Of a DNA stretch of 64,000 bases, positions 8,362-16,489 are shown one piece after another. The stretch's first letter is position 1, and each line of letters opens with the position of its first letter. Origin of the DNA: Clostridia bacterium. Its GTDB lineage: Bacteria; Bacillota; Clostridia; UMGS1883; UMGS1540. The position numbers were made by a program, and so were the translations under genes. The DNA is taken from NCBI GenBank assembly GCA_017450025.1, contig JAFSYJ010000038.1, forward strand, positions 24,403-88,402. The letters are read 5' to 3'. The notes under the pieces are model-generated. The model did no database searches. It worked only from the letters and a program-made list of their open reading frames with translations, and had not been told where the DNA came from.

Positions 8362-9920
8362 TAAATGCAGTAGGGCGTGAACTGCCCGAAAAAATCGGTA
8401 ATTATATAGTAAAGCCTTATGCAGGGCCAAAAGAGACGATTCAAGCTGAACATACGGTATGCTCCCGAAGAAAACCGTCTAAACGCACCGCCTTGGGCAC
8501 AAAGCTTTTGCCTGATCTGAAGGCGGCAATTAAGGCGACGGGGCTCGCAGACGGAATGACAATATCGTTCCATCACAGCTTCAGAGAAGGCGACCAGATA
8601 ATAGTACAAGTTCTTTCTGCTATTAAAGAGCTTGGAATCCGCGGCTTGCGCTTTGCGCCAAGCGCAGTTGTAAATATCAAAAACCCGTCTATCGTAGACT
8701 TCGTCAAAGACGGCACAATAAATCGGATTCAGGCAAGCGGTATCCGCGGCGAGCTTGGTGACGCGGTTGTAGACGGCTTGGAGCTTGCCGAGCCTGTTAT
8801 ACTTCGCCCCCACGGGGCGCGCCCACACGCTATTGAAACAGGAGACCTCTCAATAGATGTGGCGTTTATCGGCGCGTCGGCGGCTGACGAATTCGGTAAC
8901 TGCACAGGTCAGATAGGGCAAAACGCCTGCGGCTCTTTGGGATATTCGTTTGTTGACGCAATCTGCGCAGAAAATGTAGTCGTTATCACAGATAATTTGG
9001 TAGATTATCCTTGCGTTCCGATTTCTATTTCTCAGATGTATGTAGATTATGTTGTCAAGGTAGAACAAATCGGTGATTCCGCAAAAATAGGAGCAGGAGC
9101 GGCGCGCAAAACAAAAAATCCGCGAGACCTATTGATAGCACAGCGCGCAGCTGATGTTATGGCTGCCAGCAGACTGTTTAAAGACGGATACTCCTTCCAG
9201 ACAGGCGCAGGGGCAATCAGCATTGCTTGTACCGACTTTTTGGCGGAACACACAGAAAAGGCAGGTATTCAAGCCAGCTACGCGCTTGGAGGAATGACCG
9301 CAAATATAGTTGAAATGCACAAAAAAGGGCTTGTGCGCGCGCTTTTGTGTTCACAGTCATTTGACGCTGTTGCCGCAAGGGCAATCGTGGACAACCCAAA
9401 CATAATAGAAATTGACAATTCGATGTATGCCAATATGTTTAACAAGAGCTGCGCTCTCAATAAGCTTAATTTCGGTGTTTTGGGCGCGCTTGAAATTGAT
9501 GTTGACTTTAATATCAATATTTTAACAGGCTCAAACGGCGAGATGATGTCGGGACTTGGCGGCGGACCCGATGTTGCAGACGGCGCAGATATTTCTATCG
9601 TAACTCTGCCGATTGTACGCGGAAGGATTCCGTCTGTTGTAAATAAGGTATTTACCTGCTGCACACCCGGTTCCTCGGTAGCGGTTGTGGTTACCGAAGC
9701 CGGCATCGCGCTTAACCCAAAGCATAAAAGCTATGACATGCTGAAAGAAGACCCTAAAAAAGCCGGAATTAAAACGGTTTCTATCGAGGATCTGCTTAAA
9801 ATAGCATACTCTCTTACAGGCGTGCCAAAGCCTATTGAAACTACCGATAAGATAACTTGTATCGTAGAATACCGCGACGGAACGGTAATTGATGTTATCC
9901 GTCAGATAAAAAGAGATTAA
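8358..9920 (+). CDS. citF: citrate lyase alpha subunit (citrate CoA-transferase)
   Basis: 520 aa; GTG start overlapping a GAGGAGG RBS; CitF-like. Confidence 0.85.
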   Translation: MINAVGRELPEKIGNYIVKPYAGPKETIQAEHTVCSRRKPSKRTALGTKLLPDLKAAIKATGLADGMTISFHHSFREGDQIIVQVLSAIKELGIRGLRFAPSAVVNIKNPSIVDFVKDGTINRIQASGIRGELGDAVVDGLELAEPVILRPHGARPHAIETGDLSIDVAFIGASAADEFGNCTGQIGQNACGSLGYSFVDAICAENVVVITDNLVDYPCVPISISQMYVDYVVKVEQIGDSAKIGAGAARKTKNPRDLLIAQRAADVMAASRLFKDGYSFQTGAGAISIACTDFLAEHTEKAGIQASYALGGMTANIVEMHKKGLVRALLCSQSFDAVAARAIVDNPNIIEIDNSMYANMFNKSCALNKLNFGVLGALEIDVDFNINILTGSNGEMMSGLGGGPDVADGADISIVTLPIVRGRIPSVVNKVFTCCTPGSSVAVVVTEAGIALNPKHKSYDMLKEDPKKAGIKTVSIEDLLKIAYSLTGVPKPIETTDKITCIVEYRDGTVIDVIRQIKRD

Positions 9921-9953
9921 AAAAATATATATAAAAAATAGGAGGCAAATATT

Positions 9954-10859
9954 ATGAACACTATGCAGGAAACAAGAGCATTTTTAGAATCCATTGGACA
10001 ACCGGGAGGAGATTTGTATAACCTTCCCGATTCGGAAAAGCGTTTTGACGACGGTTGCCAATACCGTTTTGAGGTTCCCGGAATTCAGAGCCCCGGCGTT
10101 ATGAAGGCATTGCTTGAAGAAGTTGACAGACTTGGCTTTTACATTCACCGCGTAACACAGACAAAAGGTATTTGGACGCTTTCCGACAGCGAGATCAGCG
10201 CTATGGTTGACTTGGCTAAACAGTATCAGGTAGAACTGGTTTTGGCAATAGGTCCGCGTGCAACAACCGACACAAGCGCATCTGTTAAAACACCCGAGGG
10301 TATGCGTATGGGTTACCGCCTGCGCGGTCAGGATCAGGTAGTAAGAGCTATCGAAGATGTACGCCGTGCAGCTCGTCTTGGCGTGCGTACTTTCCTCGTA
10401 TATGATGAGGGTTGCCTGTGGGCATTGGGTAAGGCCCGCAAAGCAGGACTTCTTCCCGAAGACTGCAAATTCAAAATGTCTGCTCATTCAGGCCATGGCA
10501 ATCCCTGCTCCGCTAAACTGCTTCAGGATATAGGAGCTGATTCATTTAATATCGTAAGAGACTATCAGTTACAGCATTTAGCTGCAGTCCGTTCTGCTAT
10601 TGATATTCCAATAGACTGCCATACAGAAAACCCGACTTCTTCAGGCGGATTTATCCGTCACTACGAAGTTCCCGAGATGATCCGCGTTGCAGCTCCGATA
10701 TACCTTAAGACAGGCGGCTCGGTAGCACAGACTCATAGCTGGGATTCTACTGAGGCGGACGCTAAAAAGCGTGCAAAACAGGTGTTGCTCGTTAAGCGCG
10801 TAATCGACGCTTATTATCCGGATGCATTATATTCGCCAAAAGGCTCATTAAACCACTAA
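9954..10859 (+). CDS. uncharacterised enzyme-like protein, predicted (beta/alpha)8 TIM-barrel pattern
   Basis: 301 aa. Eight alternating hydrophobic strand-like segments (YRFEV, FYIHRV, VELVLAIG, TFLVYD, FKMSAH, SFNIV, IPIDCHTEN, PIYLKTGG) with D/E/H residues at the strand ends. Sits between citF and the hydro-lyase genes. Family not recognised. Confidence 0.45.
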   Translation: MNTMQETRAFLESIGQPGGDLYNLPDSEKRFDDGCQYRFEVPGIQSPGVMKALLEEVDRLGFYIHRVTQTKGIWTLSDSEISAMVDLAKQYQVELVLAIGPRATTDTSASVKTPEGMRMGYRLRGQDQVVRAIEDVRRAARLGVRTFLVYDEGCLWALGKARKAGLLPEDCKFKMSAHSGHGNPCSAKLLQDIGADSFNIVRDYQLQHLAAVRSAIDIPIDCHTENPTSSGGFIRHYEVPEMIRVAAPIYLKTGGSVAQTHSWDSTEADAKKRAKQVLLVKRVIDAYYPDALYSPKGSLNH

Positions 10860-10905
10860 TAAAAGTTGCAGTCCCCCAAATATGCCAACAGAAAGGGATA
10901 CAAAA

Positions 10906-11415
10906 ATGGAAATTAAAACAATAACAGCACCTTTTACCGATGAAGTGCTAAGTCAGCTTAAGGTTGGAGACATTGTGAATGTATCCGGCATAATATACGC
11001 AGGCCGCGACGCAGTGCTTCCCAAGATAGTAGAAATGATTGATGAAGGCACACTGGAGCAAAATGACATTCATCTGCAGGGCAGTGTGATTTTTCACACA
11101 GCTGTCAGTCCGGCAGGCGTAGGACCTACCTCAAGCAATAAGCTGGAGATAGAGGGTACTATGCCGCAGCTTACAGCCGCAGGTATCAGAATGCATTTGG
11201 GTAAGGGCGCATTAAAAAAAGAAACTATTGAAATGTTTGATAAATACAATGCCGTTTATGCGGTCATTGCTCCCGTCACGGCACTGCTTAACAGTAAGGT
11301 AAAGGCTAAACGCTGCGTAGCACACCCTGAGCTCGGAATGGAAGCCTTTTACGAGCTGCAGGTGGAGGAGTTCCCCTGCATTATTGCGGCCGCTCACGGT
11401 CAGAGTATGTTTTAA
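10906..11415 (+). CDS. class I Fe-S hydro-lyase, beta subunit (fumarate hydratase or L(+)-tartrate dehydratase beta-type)
   Basis: Resembles FumB/TtdB C-terminal-domain proteins; AAGGGA RBS at MEIKT. Confidence 0.8.
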   Translation: MEIKTITAPFTDEVLSQLKVGDIVNVSGIIYAGRDAVLPKIVEMIDEGTLEQNDIHLQGSVIFHTAVSPAGVGPTSSNKLEIEGTMPQLTAAGIRMHLGKGALKKETIEMFDKYNAVYAVIAPVTALLNSKVKAKRCVAHPELGMEAFYELQVEEFPCIIAAAHGQSMF

Positions 11416-11429
11416 GGAGGAAAATTCGT

Positions 11430-12287
11430 ATGTCTTTTGATTACAATGAAGTAGTTGCAAAGGTGGCGGATACTCTTGTCAGAGCAGGCTCTACCTTCCG
11501 TGAGGATAAAAAAGAGGCTTACCGCCGTGCCATCGCGTCAGAGGAGTTGCCCCGCGCAAAATGGAATCTTGAAACGATTCTGGAAAATGCTGAGGTTGCC
11601 CAGTGTAACCGCAGTCCGTTGTGCGACGATACGGGCATACCCCATGTGTTTATTGAAGTAGGACCTAACCGCGCCGTAACAGGCAGCCTTATGTCTGCAA
11701 TACAAGACGGTGTGCGCGAGGGCTTGCGCACGCTGCCGGGTCGCCCGATGGCAATAATGGGTGACGATAAGGCAAGAATAGATATGAGCGGCGGCATCAG
11801 CCCTGATAGCGACGCGCTTGCCACAGCACCGTTTCTCATCAAAGAGGTTGATGAAGATGTTTTGCGCGTTCATGTGCTGATGCTGGGCGGAGGACCTGCT
11901 ATACGCGGAATAACACACCGTATATTCCATAAGCATAGTATTGATGTTGTGCTTGATGAAATAGTCGCACGCACAAAAGATGCTACCAAAATGCTCGGCT
12001 GTACGCCTTGTGCTGTTGCTATCGGCGTGGGCCGTTCACAGTACGAAGCCACTGCTCTTATGATGGAGGCTATGGTTTATGGCAATTTCGGTAAACAGAG
12101 TCCAATGGAACAGTATATTACAGACAAGGTTAATGAAACCGATGTAGGTCCTCTGGGACTTAACGGAAAGACAACCGTGCTTGCAACATTTATGAAGGTA
12201 GGACCTCAGCGTGCAAGCGGCGTGCGCGTAGTTGCTATGCGACCGGGTTGCTGCTTTGAACCCCGTATAGCCAGTGTGGAGCTTTAA
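11430..12287 (+). CDS. class I Fe-S hydro-lyase, alpha subunit (fumarate hydratase or tartrate dehydratase alpha-type)
   Basis: 285 aa FumA/TtdA N-terminal-domain protein; strong AAGGAGG RBS. Confidence 0.8.
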   Translation: MSFDYNEVVAKVADTLVRAGSTFREDKKEAYRRAIASEELPRAKWNLETILENAEVAQCNRSPLCDDTGIPHVFIEVGPNRAVTGSLMSAIQDGVREGLRTLPGRPMAIMGDDKARIDMSGGISPDSDALATAPFLIKEVDEDVLRVHVLMLGGGPAIRGITHRIFHKHSIDVVLDEIVARTKDATKMLGCTPCAVAIGVGRSQYEATALMMEAMVYGNFGKQSPMEQYITDKVNETDVGPLGLNGKTTVLATFMKVGPQRASGVRVVAMRPGCCFEPRIASVEL

Positions 12288-12315
12288 TCTGTATTTTAAT
12301 AAGGAGAATACTGTT

Positions 12316-13434
12316 ATGGGCAATGAATTTAAACCTATGAAGTTTGGTTGCGGCAGATATGTTCAGGCACCGGGTGCTATTGAAGTTGTAGGCAGAGAAG
12401 CCGCAATGCTTAAAAGCCGTAAGGCGGTCGTTGTCGGCGGCAAAAAGGCACTTGATTCCGTAGGTGCCAAAATGGAAGCCAGCCTCAAAGAAGCAGGAGT
12501 AGAGCCGTATTTCTACACTATGACTTCGGACTGCACTTATGAGACTTTAGACTACCTTCAAAACACATTGATCCCGCAGCAAAAGGCAGATTTGGTAATC
12601 GGCTCAGGCGGCGGTAAGGTTATAGATATGGCAAAAGCTTCGGGTAAGTGCAGCGGTTTGCCTGTTTTGAATGTTCCGACATCTGTTGCAACATTCAACT
12701 GCTGGTCGGCTATGAGCGTTATGTATACTCCCGACCATAAGCCTATCGACCGTATATGGCATTCAACCGAAATAAACGCGGTTGTTATTGACACACAGGT
12801 TATTGCAAACGCACCGGTCAAGCTGTTTGCTTCGGGTATGACTGATGCTTTTGCAAAGTATATAGAAACAGGCTTTATGGACGAGTCGTATACCGTCAAT
12901 AATACGCCTGTCGGAATGTACACATCTAAGGTTATGGCAGGCACAACTAACGAGATCATCTTAAACCGCGGTGAACAGGCATAACGTGATTGTGTTGAAC
13001 ATAAGGTAACAGACGATCTTGACGCTTGCGTATTTGCAAATGTCGCAACAACAGCTATTGCGGCTGCCGTTAACTACGGCAATCATTCGTTAATACATAG
13101 CGGCAACGGCAAAGGAGCAACATTTGCACACGCTCTTTATTACGCTTGTAAGGCAAAGTATACCGAAGAAACAAGCGAATGGCTGCACGGAGAAATCGTA
13201 GGCTTGGGATGTCAGGCGTTGATGTTTGCTTATGAGCGCGGTGAGTTTGAGAGAAAGAATTTTGCCCGCTTTATGAGGGCTATCGGACAGCCGATGTCAC
13301 TAAAAGAATTGGGGCTTGATATCAGCGATAAGGGCATTAAGGAGCTCGTTGACTGTATGATGGTTGTTTGGGGCAAACGCCCTGCTGAACATTGGCCTAT
13401 TATTTATAATGCGCTGCAGATGGTCAAAGAATGA
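12316..13434 (+). pseudogene. iron-containing alcohol dehydrogenase (glycerol dehydrogenase-like) interrupted by an in-frame TAA at 12982-12984
   Basis: GGGKVIDMAK motif of the GldA family. ORFs 12274-12984 and 13204-13434 are in the same frame, and the 219 nt between them translate without stops, giving a 372-aa protein if TAA is read through. TAA is a real stop elsewhere in the window (prfB, S-layer gene). Confidence 0.65.
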
Positions 13435-13472
13435 TCTGCTATAATATTTACAATAAACCCAGAGGTGAAAAT

Positions 13473-15665
13473 ATGGATCAAACGCTTATTCGTAAACTTG
13501 TCAGCGCAGATGAAGAATATCTGCGTGATGAATCAAAAAAAATCGGTCACGCAGAAAGCATTTCTTTTCCTGAAACTCATGAGCAGGTGAGCCAAATTAT
13601 GGCGCAGCTTTATGAGACGGGGACTCCCGTTACAGTACAGGGCAGCCGTACAGGGTTAGCGGCTGCGGCAGTGCCGTTCGGAGGTCATGTGCTCAATATG
13701 TCCAGAATGGATAAGGTACTCGGTATGCGTGAGGAGGACGGTCATTTTTATATCACCGTTCAACCGGGTGTAATTCTGCAAAAACTAAATAAGGCAATAG
13801 CCGCGCGTTCTTTTGACACCGGGAATTGGGACGAAGCGTCTCAAAAAGCATATAAATCGTTCTGCAAAGCATCTGTTCAGATGTTTACGCCGGATCCGAC
13901 AGAGAGTACGGCAACTATCGGCGGAATGGTAGCCTGCAATGCTTCAGGCGCGCGCAGTTATTATTACGGCGCAACACGCAAGCATATTCAGGCTGTTCGC
14001 GGCGTTTTGGCAAACGGACAAGGCATCTCTCTCCACAGAGGGCAAATAAAGGCAAACGGAACTAACCTCACCTTGCCGACGGAGCAGGGCGGTACGGTTT
14101 CCGTGACTTTGCCTTCATATAAAATGCCAAACTGTAAAAATGCTTCCGGTTACTATTGCTGCGCGAATATGGACGCCTTGGATCTTTTGATAGGCAGCGA
14201 CGGAACGCTCGTGGTTTTCACTGAGATAGAGCTGTCTTTACTGCCTGTTCCTGCGCTCACATGGGGCGCAACCGCATTTTTTGCGCAAGAATCACAAGCG
14301 GTTTCATATACAAAGCTTGCAAAGCAGATCAAACAGGGAATAGTATCAATTGAATACTTCGACCCGTGTGCGCTTGATATATTGCGCAGACAAAAGGCAG
14401 AAAACACTGCCTTTGCAGGATTGCCGTTTTTGCCTGATACATACGGCTGCGCCGTATATACGGAGCTTCATTGTGACACAGAAGAGCAGGAATATGAGTT
14501 GCTTGAATCTCTCAGCGGGTTTTGCGTCAAGGCAGGCGGCGATCCAGATATGACTTGGGTGGCTTGCAGTGACAGCGACCGCGATATGCTGTACTTCTTC
14601 CGCCACGCTGTTCCGGAAAGCGTCAATATGCAGGTAGAACGCACAAAGCACACTTATCCTGAGGTCACAAAGGTCGGCGGGGATATGGCTGTTCCAGATG
14701 AATATTTTGAGGAACTTCTTGAGCTGTATGACACAACTTTAAAAGAAGAAGGCTTGCAGCTATTGGGCAGAGCCAAAACACTGGCAGAAGAAAGCAACCG
14801 CCCGCTTTACGCTGTTGTATTGGGCAAAATTTCACAGGATAGCATAAAACTTTTGTACGCAAGCGGAGCAAATGAAGTTATATGCAGTGCCGGCGCGGCT
14901 TTGGAAGAAAAGCTCGAACAGCCGTACGCAGATAGCTTGATAAGCCTTTCAAAGCAGTTCGAACCGGATATTCTTCTTGTGGGAGCTACGCCCTTCGGAC
15001 GTGCTTTTGCGCCGAGGGTAGCGGCTGCGCTCGGTACAGGTCTGACGGCGGATTGTACCGAACTCAGCATAGATGCCGAAAGTGGTTTACTGCTTCAAAC
15101 CCGCCCTGCATTCGGCGGCAATATGATGGCAACGATACGCACGGCGGATAGCCGCCCGCAGATGGCCACCGTACGCCCCGGCGTGTTACCGCTTCCCGAG
15201 CCTGCGGAAGTTTCTTACCGCGAGCCTGTAATAATAGATTATAACGGTCAGGCAGGCGTGGTTAAGCTATTAAAGGAAAAGACTATAAACCGCGGCGCGG
15301 ATATAAGCCAAAGCAAGATAATAGTTTCAGCCGGACGCGGTATAGGACAAAAGAAAAACTTAAAGCTCGTTCAGGCGCTTGCCGATAAGCTCGGCGGTCA
15401 GGTGGGCGCGTCGCGACCGCTTGTTGATATGGGCTTTTGCCCGTATAGCAGTCAAATAGGGCAGACAGGTTACAGCGTAGCCCCGGATTTGCTTATTTGT
15501 TGCGGTATTTCAGGTGCAGTTCAGCACTTGGCGGGGATAGGCGGCGCAAAGACGGTTATAGCTATAAATACCGACCCGAAAGCGCCTATCTTTGATGTGG
15601 CTGATTATAAAATTGTCGGTGATTGCGTCAGCGTTTTGGAAAATATGATAAAAGCACTTGATTAA
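13473..15665 (+). CDS. fusion protein: GlcD/LctD-like FAD-binding oxidase (N-terminal, about 425 aa) plus electron-transfer flavoprotein alpha subunit EtfA (C-terminal, about 300 aa)
   Basis: N-terminal PCMH-type FAD-binding domain (VTVQGSRTGLAAAA...; GGMVACNASGARSYYYGATRKH). C-terminus matches the EtfA FAD domain through to the end (SAGRGIG...VGASRP...GQTG...DLLICCGISGAVQHLAG). Start taken at MDQTLIRKL with a GAGGTGA RBS. Confidence 0.7.
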   Translation: MDQTLIRKLVSADEEYLRDESKKIGHAESISFPETHEQVSQIMAQLYETGTPVTVQGSRTGLAAAAVPFGGHVLNMSRMDKVLGMREEDGHFYITVQPGVILQKLNKAIAARSFDTGNWDEASQKAYKSFCKASVQMFTPDPTESTATIGGMVACNASGARSYYYGATRKHIQAVRGVLANGQGISLHRGQIKANGTNLTLPTEQGGTVSVTLPSYKMPNCKNASGYYCCANMDALDLLIGSDGTLVVFTEIELSLLPVPALTWGATAFFAQESQAVSYTKLAKQIKQGIVSIEYFDPCALDILRRQKAENTAFAGLPFLPDTYGCAVYTELHCDTEEQEYELLESLSGFCVKAGGDPDMTWVACSDSDRDMLYFFRHAVPESVNMQVERTKHTYPEVTKVGGDMAVPDEYFEELLELYDTTLKEEGLQLLGRAKTLAEESNRPLYAVVLGKISQDSIKLLYASGANEVICSAGAALEEKLEQPYADSLISLSKQFEPDILLVGATPFGRAFAPRVAAALGTGLTADCTELSIDAESGLLLQTRPAFGGNMMATIRTADSRPQMATVRPGVLPLPEPAEVSYREPVIIDYNGQAGVVKLLKEKTINRGADISQSKIIVSAGRGIGQKKNLKLVQALADKLGGQVGASRPLVDMGFCPYSSQIGQTGYSVAPDLLICCGISGAVQHLAGIGGAKTVIAINTDPKAPIFDVADYKIVGDCVSVLENMIKALD

Positions 15666-15679
15666 AATCAAGCTAAAAG

Positions 15680-15706
15680 CAGTGAGTTATAATCTCACTG
15701 TTTTTT
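15680..15706 (+). terminator. rho-independent terminator
   Basis: CAGTGAG ttataat CTCACTG followed by TTTTTT. Confidence 0.7.
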
Positions 15707-15716
15707 ATCAAAATTA

Positions 15717-15745
15717 TTGACAATCGGCAAAATATATCATATAAT
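15717..15745 (+). promoter_or_regulatory. promoter of the arsR-HMA-ATPase operon
   Basis: TTGACA - 17 nt - TATAAT. Confidence 0.6.
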
Positions 15746-15769
15746 ATAGTTGAAAGGTAGTTCAACTAT
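15746..15769 (+). promoter_or_regulatory. ArsR/SmtB-type operator: 9-6-9 perfect inverted repeat directly after the -10 box
   Basis: ATAGTTGAA aggtag TTCAACTAT, placed where the adjacent autoregulatory ArsR repressor would bind. Confidence 0.55.
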
Positions 15770-15790
15770 TCATTTATTTGGAGGCAAACG

Positions 15791-16162
15791 GTGGAAAAAG
15801 ATTATATTGAAATTGACAGATGCGATTGTAATATAATTCACGAAAATATCGTGGAGCAGGTGCGTTCCAATATGCCCGATGACGATACACTTTTGAATAT
15901 TGCAGATACTTTTAAGGTTTTCAGCGATTCAACGCGTATCAAGATACTGTGCGCACTGATGAAGTCCGAAATGTGCGTTTGTGATATTTCGGCACTTCTC
16001 GGTATGACAAAATCATCGGTTTCCCATCAGCTCCGTATTTTAAGACAATCAAATCTTGTCAAATACAGAAAAGACGGTAGGGTTATATACTATTCGCTTG
16101 CCGATGAGCATGTTGAGCTGATTTTTAATAACGGTTTTGCACATGTAACCGAAAAGGATTAA
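15791..16162 (+). CDS. ArsR/SmtB-family metal-sensing transcriptional repressor
   Basis: HTH segment VCDISALLGMTKSSVSHQLRILRQSNLV and metal-site cysteines CVC; GTG start with a GGAGG RBS. Confidence 0.85.
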   Translation: MEKDYIEIDRCDCNIIHENIVEQVRSNMPDDDTLLNIADTFKVFSDSTRIKILCALMKSEMCVCDISALLGMTKSSVSHQLRILRQSNLVKYRKDGRVIYYSLADEHVELIFNNGFAHVTEKD

Positions 16163-16250
16163 ACCGGAATATCTAAAGCTTTGCTGTTCCGGTTAAATTT
16201 TAAGCTAATAGTTGAATGATTGAACAATCATACAAAAAGAAGGGGTAACA

Positions 16251-16469
16251 ATGAAAAAGAAATTCAGACTTCAGGATTTGGACTGTGCCGAATGCGGCGC
16301 AAAAATGGAAAATGCAATAAGCAAAATACCGGGAGTAAATGAGGTTGTCATAAGCTTTATGACGCAGCGTATGACGATTGACGCAGATCCTGAAAACTTT
16401 GATAGTATAATTGCAGAGGCACAAAAAATATGTTCAAAAATCGAACCTGACTGTAAAATATTGGTTTAA
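16251..16469 (+). CDS. heavy-metal-associated (HMA) domain protein, metallochaperone-like
   Basis: 72 aa with a CAEC metal-binding motif in the HMA position. Confidence 0.8.
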   Translation: MKKKFRLQDLDCAECGAKMENAISKIPGVNEVVISFMTQRMTIDADPENFDSIIAEAQKICSKIEPDCKILV

Positions 16470-16489
16470 TATCCGCTAAAGCGTGAGGA

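Noticed and set aside
9954-10859. Possibility that the gene after citF is citG (triphosphoribosyl-dephospho-CoA synthase), as position and length (301 aa) would suggest
   Set aside because: The sequence shows a regular beta/alpha alternation typical of TIM barrels, not the all-helical CitG family. It is left as unassigned.
12982-12984. Stop-codon recoding (for example an alternative genetic code) as the explanation for the in-frame TAA
   Set aside because: TAA terminates prfB and the S-layer gene in the same window; the standard code applies.
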